A DNA stretch of 64,000 nucleotides. Origin: Pecten maximus (lineage: Eukaryota). The DNA lies in contig NC_047015.1 in NCBI RefSeq assembly GCF_902652985.1, positions 30,752,001 to 30,816,000 on the forward strand. The letters are read 5' to 3'. Shown here piece by piece: positions 56,401 to 64,000 of the stretch (its first letter is position 1; each line of letters starts with the position of its first letter). The notes below the pieces were generated by a model. The model did no database searches, was not told the origin of the DNA, and worked only from the letters and a program-made list of their open reading frames with translations. The position numbers and the translations under genes are program-made.

Positions 56401-57191
56401 TGATGACGAGAAGTCATCGTTCGTACCGTATGTAGAGATACATGTGATGACAGGAGACGTCATCGTTCGAGCCGTATGTTGAGGTACATGTGATGACAGG
56501 AGACGTCATCGTTCGTACCGTATGTAGAGATACATGTGATGACAGGAGACGTCATCGTTCGAAACGTATGTAGAGGTACATGTGATGACAGGAGACGTCA
56601 TCGTTCGTACAGTATGTAGAGATACATGTGATGACAGGAGACGTCATCGTTCGTACCGTATGTAGAGGTACATGTGATGACAGGAGACGTCATTGTTCGT
56701 ACCGTATGTAGAGGTACATGTGATGACAGGAGACGTCATCGTTCGTACCGTATGTAGAGATACGTGTGATGACAGGAGACGTCATCGTTCGTACAGTATG
56801 TAGAGATACATGTGATGACAGGAGACGTCATCGTTCGTACCGTATGTAGAGGTACATGTGATGACAGGAGACGTCATCGTTCGTAACGTATGTAGAGATA
56901 CATGTGATGACAGGAGACGTCATCGTTCGTAACGTATGTAGAGATACATGTGATGACAGGAGACGTCATCATTCGTACCGTATGTAGAGGTGCATGTGAT
57001 GACAGGAGACGTCATCGTTCGTAACGTATGTAGAGATACATGTGATGACAAGAGACGTCATCGTTCGTGCCGTATGTAGAGGTCCGGTACGTGTGATGAC
57101 AGGAGACGTCATCGTTCGTACAGTATGTAGAGATACATGTGATGACAAGAGACGTCATCGTTCGTGTCGTATGTTGAGGTATGTGATGACA
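53441..57191. repeat. 44/46-bp CpG-rich minisatellite, ~80 copies, inside putative cGLR intron 1
   Basis: Unit GACGTCATCGTTCGTACCGTATGTAGAG(A/G)T(AC)ATGTGATGACAGGA. Confidence 0.98.
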
Positions 57192-57305
57192 GATGCATCA
57201 ATTACATGGTTCGGACAATATTAACAGCATTGTTTGTGATAATTAACTCTGATGATGAACCGTAGTTCCTTTTTTCGTCATATTGATTATGATGTTTCTT
57301 TGTAG

Positions 57306-59322
57306 GATCTCTACAGAGAAAGGGAGACTAGATGACAAGGGGAGTAGAAGGATGTCTGTTCTTTTATCGAGATATCTGGACCGGGAATTTCACCTTGCAC
57401 AAAATGTAGTGAACTTCAAGAGGAAAAGTCTGCTCGCGACTGAATGGTTGTCAAATGATGACAATAGTAATATGCATCAGTTTCATACTGGGAGTCGCTC
57501 GGAGGGCGTCAGCATGCTCAATTCTGATATTGATATAATGTATATAGATAGACTTGTAACAGTATTGTACCCTGACCAGCCTATAACCCAAAACAACCAA
57601 CACAAGACAATTCTGCATATAAGAGGGGTGGACAATTGCCGACCTGGTTTTGTAGCTCTTGAGTTGTGTCGCGGAGGAAAGAAATGTCGACGAACACTAT
57701 TGTACTCACTAGTAGAAGTTGGCGGTAAAGTATTTGTCTCAAGTGATATGTTCAGAGAACGAAACCGCATGCAACTAAAAGTAGGAAAGGTGCTAAGCAG
57801 GTCCAATGGTCCAAGTAACACACTCGATATTTTGTCAGGTATTGACACCGTCGTTTGCTTCCCGTGTGATAATTGGCCCAGAGAAGCCGATGATTGGATA
57901 TCTCGCACACGTCTTCATGGTTGGCCAAGTGAAAACTTGATTAGCAAAATTCGGCAAAAAGGCTGTCACCTTGTCCCAATAGGAGACAAATGCTACGAGA
58001 ACACGGGTTTACAGTGGCGGCTCACATTTGTAACTGCGGAGCGACGTTTGGTCCATTCACTTAGTCACATCCAATTCCAAGTGTACATCCTGCTGAAATA
58101 TTTCTTAAAACAGATACAAGGAACATTGAAGGACACCATTGGTGATGCAGATATACTGTGCTCATATTTTATGAAAACTCTGATATTTTTCGCAGTCGAA
58201 AACTCCCGCCATCTGTTCTGGCAGGAGAGGAACTTGTTTTACTGTTTCTGGTTTTGCTTCAATATACTGATCGAGTGGGTATTGGTAGGGTACTGTCCAA
58301 ACTATTTCATCCCTACCAACAACATGTTCCAAAGGAAAGTCCACGGGCAACACCAACAAAAGCTATTGGAAATTCTAAACAAATATCACAGGATGAAATG
58401 GATGTGTCTCTCAGTTGGGAAGTACTTTCCTCCCATTGCAAACAGTTTGTTCAATGCCAAGACACAAGCAGAACTTCAGTTTTCAAATGTTACACAGGAA
58501 ATCGACTTTAATATGGATATCGCAGTCAGGAGCAGTTGCAGGAAAGGTACTATTGATACTCGGAATCCATTGAAAACGATGGCGAAGGCGCTACATTTAA
58601 TGTCGAAATCACAAACACAATGTGACGAGGTCAGGTCATACTGTTGTGCCATGGAAATGCTGTCCCAAATAGCAGGCAACCGCGTTAATCAAGGAAACGC
58701 AGAACCAGTCACAGGCAACAAATCAAGGTATACAAATATTAGAAAATGCAAACGTTGGATGATTCCGTGGGCATCACTCGGAACTAATATGCTGTATCTT
58801 GCTACTTTTTACTTCCTGTTAGGAGACTTCAGAAAATCACTGCAGATGTGCGAAGAAGTGGCGAAGCTTGCGTCTTGTTTCAAGAATAATGTGATACATA
58901 GATCACAAGAAGAAAAGGCAAGATATGTTCAGAAATACTCTGGACATGGACACACCTTACTATCTAGGTGTAAGAAAGAATTCATCGACATCTTAATGTT
59001 TTCAAAAGAAGAACCTTGGCTATGTCTTCCCCAGCTTCATTCAGAACTATCGAATTGCACACATCACATACATATCCCGCCCCTTCCTTATGCCCTGTTT
59101 CTGTCATTTCTGTGCCGGCATGAACTTGGAGACACCAGAAGGCGTGATGCTGCACTAGCCGACCTCATAGTGGTCAAGTATGATCGCGAGCAAGGTGGAC
59201 ATCGGAATAGGATGTTAATAACATTTCTGGAAATATGTTACCAAACTATAGGAGACACTCGCAGGGCAGCCAGGGCCTACCAGGACTCGCAAGACGCTTT
59301 GGCTGCTGGTAACTTTCCGTAG
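57306..59322 (+). CDS. cGAS-like receptor (cGLR): Mab-21 family nucleotidyltransferase with helical TPR-like C-terminus, main coding exon (674 aa in total with the putative exon at 53129-53136)
   Basis: NTase signature TGSRSEG-x5-SDIDIM; third acidic residue in GIDTV; Mab-21 motifs WP..A..WI.R...WP, GCHLVPIG, WRLTF..AE..L, CSYFMKT, CPNYFIP.NNMF. TPR-like helices LYLATFYFLLGDFRKSL and LEICYQTIGDTRRAARAY. Acceptor tttctttgtag at 57295-57305; uninterrupted ORF. Confidence 0.9.
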
Positions 59323-60184
59323 ATGTGAAAGCTGAACTTGTACCAATTTGCGAGGATGGTTATGTGTGCTTAATTTAGATAAGAAGTGATAGGTATTATT
59401 TCAGTAAAAAAAAAAAAAATATATATATAATTAAGGAGATATCTATAAAACAATATAATGTGTTAGGCCTACGATGACTTTCTTGTGACCAGGAGCCGTT
59501 CAGCACAAAATTCCCAGTGTAAAATTTTAATGTTTCAACGTGTGATATGAGTAGTAACTTCTGTCAATGTTTCAGAGGACACTGACAATCAGAAAACGCT
59601 AGGTCCGTTTAATTGTTTTTTCCCCCATTGATTCTATTTCATTAGCTCTGTCGACATTTTGATTTGTTTTCTGTTGTATTCCAAAAAAGCATAATGCCAA
59701 GCGTACAATGAAACTGCTGGTTGATTATTTACCATGTTATAGAGGTACTACGCAAAATAAAACACAGACCCACTTGTATGACGAATAATCAAGTACCCAA
59801 TCCGCCTTGAAATAGCAGGAGATAAACCTCATCTTTGTTTCCCAAAGTGATTCAATTAAAGCACTTAATGATTGCTTGCAGACCAAATATTGAGATGTGC
59901 AGATGGGTGTTACTATAACTCCTTAGTGACTGTTGTGATGAATGATAGCAAATAGAGAGCACCCATACACATTGAGTACATACTCGACACGATCATACTG
60001 TCAGCTATTCATAATACAGTAAAACTTAACAAATCCCACCTGATCAGAGGGTTAAGTTCTTTATATAAGAAATTCGTTATGGGATCAAACAATATGAACG
60101 TGCAAGTTTGGGCCAAATTTTGTGATTTTGATTTACTTCGTAAAAATCCGAAATTTGAATTACTAAATAGTAAGACTGTCTAAC

Positions 60185-61300
60185 GTTTTCCTTACTGTAT
60201 TACTGTATAACAAACCGTTGTTACGTTTTCCTTACTGTATTACTGTATAACAAACCGTTGTTACTTGATTTCTTTACTGTATTACTATATACCACACTGG
60301 TATTACTTGATTTCTTTACTGTATTACTGTATAACTCACATGTGTAACTTGATTTCTTTACTGTATAACTCACAAGTGTAACTTGATTTCTTTACTGTAA
60401 TCTGTATATCACACATGTGTAACTTGATTTCTTTACTGTATTACTGTATAACACACTGGTATAACTTGATTTCTTTACTGTATTACTGTATAACACAACA
60501 GTATAACTTGATTTCTTTACTGTATTACTGTATAACACACTGTTATAACTTGATTTCTTTACTGTATCACTGTATAACACACTGTTATAACTTGATTTCT
60601 TTACTGTATCACTGTATAACACACTGTTATAACTTGATTTCCTTACTTTATTACTGTATAACACACTGTTATAACTTGATTTCTTTACTGTATTACTGTA
60701 TAACACACTGTTATAACTTGATTTCTTTACTGTATTACTGTATAACACACTGTTATAACTTGATTTCTTTACTGTATCACTGTATAACACAACAGTATAA
60801 CTTGATTTCCTTACTTTATTACTGTATAACACACTGTTATAACTTGATTTTTTTACTTTATTACTGTATAACACACTGTTATAACTTGATTTCTTTACTG
60901 TATCACTGTATAACACACTGTTATAACTTGATTTCTTTACTGTATTACTGTATAACACACTGTTATAACTTGATTTCTTTACTGTATCACTGTATAACAC
61001 AACAGTATAACTTGATTTCTTTACTGTATAACTGTATAACACACTGTTATAACTTGATTTCTTTACTGTATTACTGTATAACACACTGTTATAACTTGAT
61101 TTCTTTACTGTATTACTGTATAACACACTGGTATAACTTGATTTCTTTACTGTATTACTGTATAACACAACAGTATAAATTGATTTCTTTACTGTATTAC
61201 TGTATAACACACTGTTATAACTTGATTTCTTTACTGTATTACTGTATAACACACTGTTATAACTTGATTTCCTTACTTTATTACTGTATAACACACTGGT
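60185..61300. repeat. 42-bp minisatellite, ~26 copies, downstream of the cGLR
   Basis: Unit TATAACTTGATTTCTTTACTGTATTACTGTATAACACACTGT. Confidence 0.97.
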
Positions 61301-61725
61301 GTAGCTTTATGTCAATACACAGATGAGTTGTAAAGCTAAAGTAATGCAATACAAAATCTTTAAAGTGTGAAACCCTGGTGTGATTTTTGCGCTGTAGTGG
61401 AGAAAGTTAGTCTTTATAGCTCGACAGAATGATAAATTGTGCTGAGCCATAATGTATTGATTGAAACTCGAAGAAAAAATAAAGCCTTATAGAGAAGATA
61501 TATGTTTTTTGACAAGTATTACAGGATAAAATCCAAACTCTTTTTAATCAAGGGATGATAACCCTATTGCTAAGTTTGATGATAATTGGATAATATTTGT
61601 GGGAGTTGCATGGAAATTGGCGATTGCTCTTGGCCGAGCCCTTAAGGCATTTAACCTTATTACCAAGTTTGAAGAAAATCTGTTAACTGTTCCAGTTTTA
61701 TCATGGAAACAGCAGAAAACATCAT

Positions 61726-64000
61726 TTTTAGCCCAACATCATCAGATGGTGGGCTATTCAAATCGCCATGCGTCCGTGGTCCGTCTGTCCGTCACTCCAT
61801 CCGTAAACAATTCTTGTTATCGCTATTTCTCAAAAAGTACTGCAGGGATCTTTCTCAAATTTCATATGTAGGTTCCCCTTGGTGCCTAGTTATGCATATT
61901 GCATTTTGAAACCAATCGGAAAACAACATGGCCGACAGGCAGCCATCTTGGATTTTGACAATTGAAGTTTGTTATCGCTATTTCTCAGAAACTAATCAAG
62001 GGATCTTTCTGAAATTTCATATATAGGTTCCCCTTGGTGCCTCGTTATGCATATTGCATTTTGAGACCAATCGGAAAATAACATGGCCGACAGGCAGACA
62101 TCTTGGATTTTGACAATTGAAGTTTGTTATCGCTATTTCTCAGAAACCAATTAAGGGATCTTTCTGAAATTTCATATGTAGGTTCCCCTCGGTGCCTTGT
62201 TATGCATATTGCATTTTGAGAATAATCGGAAAGCAACATGGCCGACAGGCAGCCATCTTGGATTTTGACAATTGAAGTTTGTTATTGCTATTTCTCAGAA
62301 AGTACTGAAGGGATCTTTCTCAAATTTCATATATAGGTTCCCCTTGGTACCTAGTTATGCATATTGCATTTTGAGACCAATCAGAAAACAACATGGCCAA
62401 CAGGCAGCCATCTTGGATTTTGACAATTGACGTTTGTTATCGCTATTTCTAAGAAAGTAGTGAAGGGATCTTTCTCAAATTTCATATTTAGGTTCCCCTT
62501 GGTGCCTAGTTATGCATATTGCATTTTGAGACCAATCAGAAAACAACATGGCCGACAGGCAGCCAGCTTGGATTTTGACAATTGAAATTTGTTATCGCTA
62601 TTTCTCAGAAAGTAATAAAGGGATCTTTCTCCAATTTCATATGTAGGTTCCCCTCGGTGCCTAGTTATGCATATTGCATTTTGAGACTAATCGGAAAACA
62701 ACATGGCCGACAGGCAGCCATCTTGGATTTTGACAATTGAAATTTGTTATCGCTATTTCTCAGAAAGTAAAGAAGGGATCTTTCTCCAATTTCATATGTA
62801 GGTTCCCCTCGGTGCCTAGTTATGCATATTGCATTTTGAGACTAATCGGAAAACAACATGGCCGACAGGCAGCCATCTTAGATTTTGACAATTGAAACTT
62901 GTTATCGCTATTTCTAAGAAAGTGCTGAAGGGATCTTTCTCAAATTTCATATGTAGGTTCCCCTCGGTGCCTAGTTATGCATATTGCATTTTGAGACCAA
63001 TCGGAAAACAACATGGCCGACAGGCAGCCAGCTTGGATTTTGACAATTGAAGTTTGTTATCGCTATTTCTCAGAAAGTAATAAAGGGATCTTTCTCCAAT
63101 TTCATATGTAGGTTCCCCTCTGTGCCTAGTTATGCATATTGTATGCATTTTGAGACCAATTGGAAAACAACATCGCCGACAGGCAGCCATCTTGGATTTT
63201 GAGAATTGAAGTTTGTTATCGCTATTTTTCAGAAAGTACTGAGGGGATCTTTCTCAAACTTTTTTTGTAAGTTCCTCTTGGTCTGTAGTTCTGCATATTG
63301 CATCTTGGGACCAATAGGAAAACAACATGGCCGACAGGCAGCCATCTTGGATTTTGACAATTGAAGTTTGTTATCGCTATTTATCAGAAATTGCTGAAAG
63401 GATATTTCTGAAATTTCATTTGTAGGTTGCCCTCTGTGCCTAGTTATGCATATTGGATTTTGAGACCAGTCAGAAAACAACCTGGCCGACAGGCAGCCAT
63501 CTTTTATTTTGACAATTGAAGTTTGTTATCGCTATTTTACAGAAGGTACTGAAGGGATCTTTCTCAAATTTCATATGTAGGTTCCCCTCGGTGCCTAGTT
63601 ATGCATATTGCATTTTGAGACTAATCGGAAAACAACATGGCCGACAGGCAGCCATCTTGGATTTTGACAATTGAAATTTGTTATCGCTATTTCTCAGAAA
63701 GTAAAGAAGGGATCTTTCTCAAATTTCATATGTAGGTTCCCCTCGGTGCCTAGTTATGCATACTGCATTTTGAGACTAATCGGAAAACAACATGGCCGAC
63801 AGGCAGCCATCTTAGATTTTGACAATTGAAACTTGTTATCGCTATTTCTAAGAAAGTGCTGAAGGGATCTTTCTCAAATTTCATATGTAGGTTCCCCTCG
63901 GTGCCTTGTTATGCATATTGCATTTTGAGACCAATCGGAAAACAACATGGCCGACAGGCAGCCAGCTTGGATTTTGATAATTGAAGTTTGTTATCGCTAT
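61726..64000 (+). mobile_element. HINE/Helentron-type element with an expanded 155-bp satellite array (>=14 copies, runs off the window)
   Basis: ttttagcccaacatcatcagatggtgggctatt 5' inverted repeat and gtccgt microsatellite. Same 155-bp unit as 34937-35930, in the opposite orientation. Confidence 0.9.

Noticed and set aside
53441-57191. CRISPR-like array next to a nucleotidyltransferase
   Set aside because: Units are contiguous near-identical repeats with no unique spacers. There are no cas genes and the context is spliceosomal and eukaryotic.

Overview
AT-rich, intron-rich animal genomic DNA, not prokaryotic. The repeat families and the Mab-21/TPR gene suggest a bivalve mollusc, possibly a scallop (inference). 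Five protein-coding genes were reconstructed by hand from GT-AG splice sites with consistent phases: the 3' part of RINT1 (+), RSL1D1 (-), CANT1 (+, head-to-head with RSL1D1), LAMTOR3 (+), and a cGAS-like receptor (cGLR; Mab-21 nucleotidyltransferase plus TPR-like C-terminus, +). Between and inside these genes are many non-autonomous mobile elements: Helentron/HINE-type elements with ~150-bp internal arrays, a hAT-like element with a nested Tc1/mariner MITE, a pogo/Fot1-like relic with a PHD finger, SINEs, foldback MITEs, and three miniature LTR elements whose LTRs are tRNA-derived. There are also six minisatellite arrays. The most interesting region is 49-64 kb. There an apparently catalytically intact cGLR has a perfect kB site upstream, an 8-nt first coding exon, and a first intron ~90% filled by ~80 copies of a CpG-rich, hairpin-forming 44/46-bp unit, all inside a block dominated by tandem repeats. 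Most long ORFs in the supplied track are artefacts of tandem repeats. All identifications are from recalled homology and manual reading; no searches were run.
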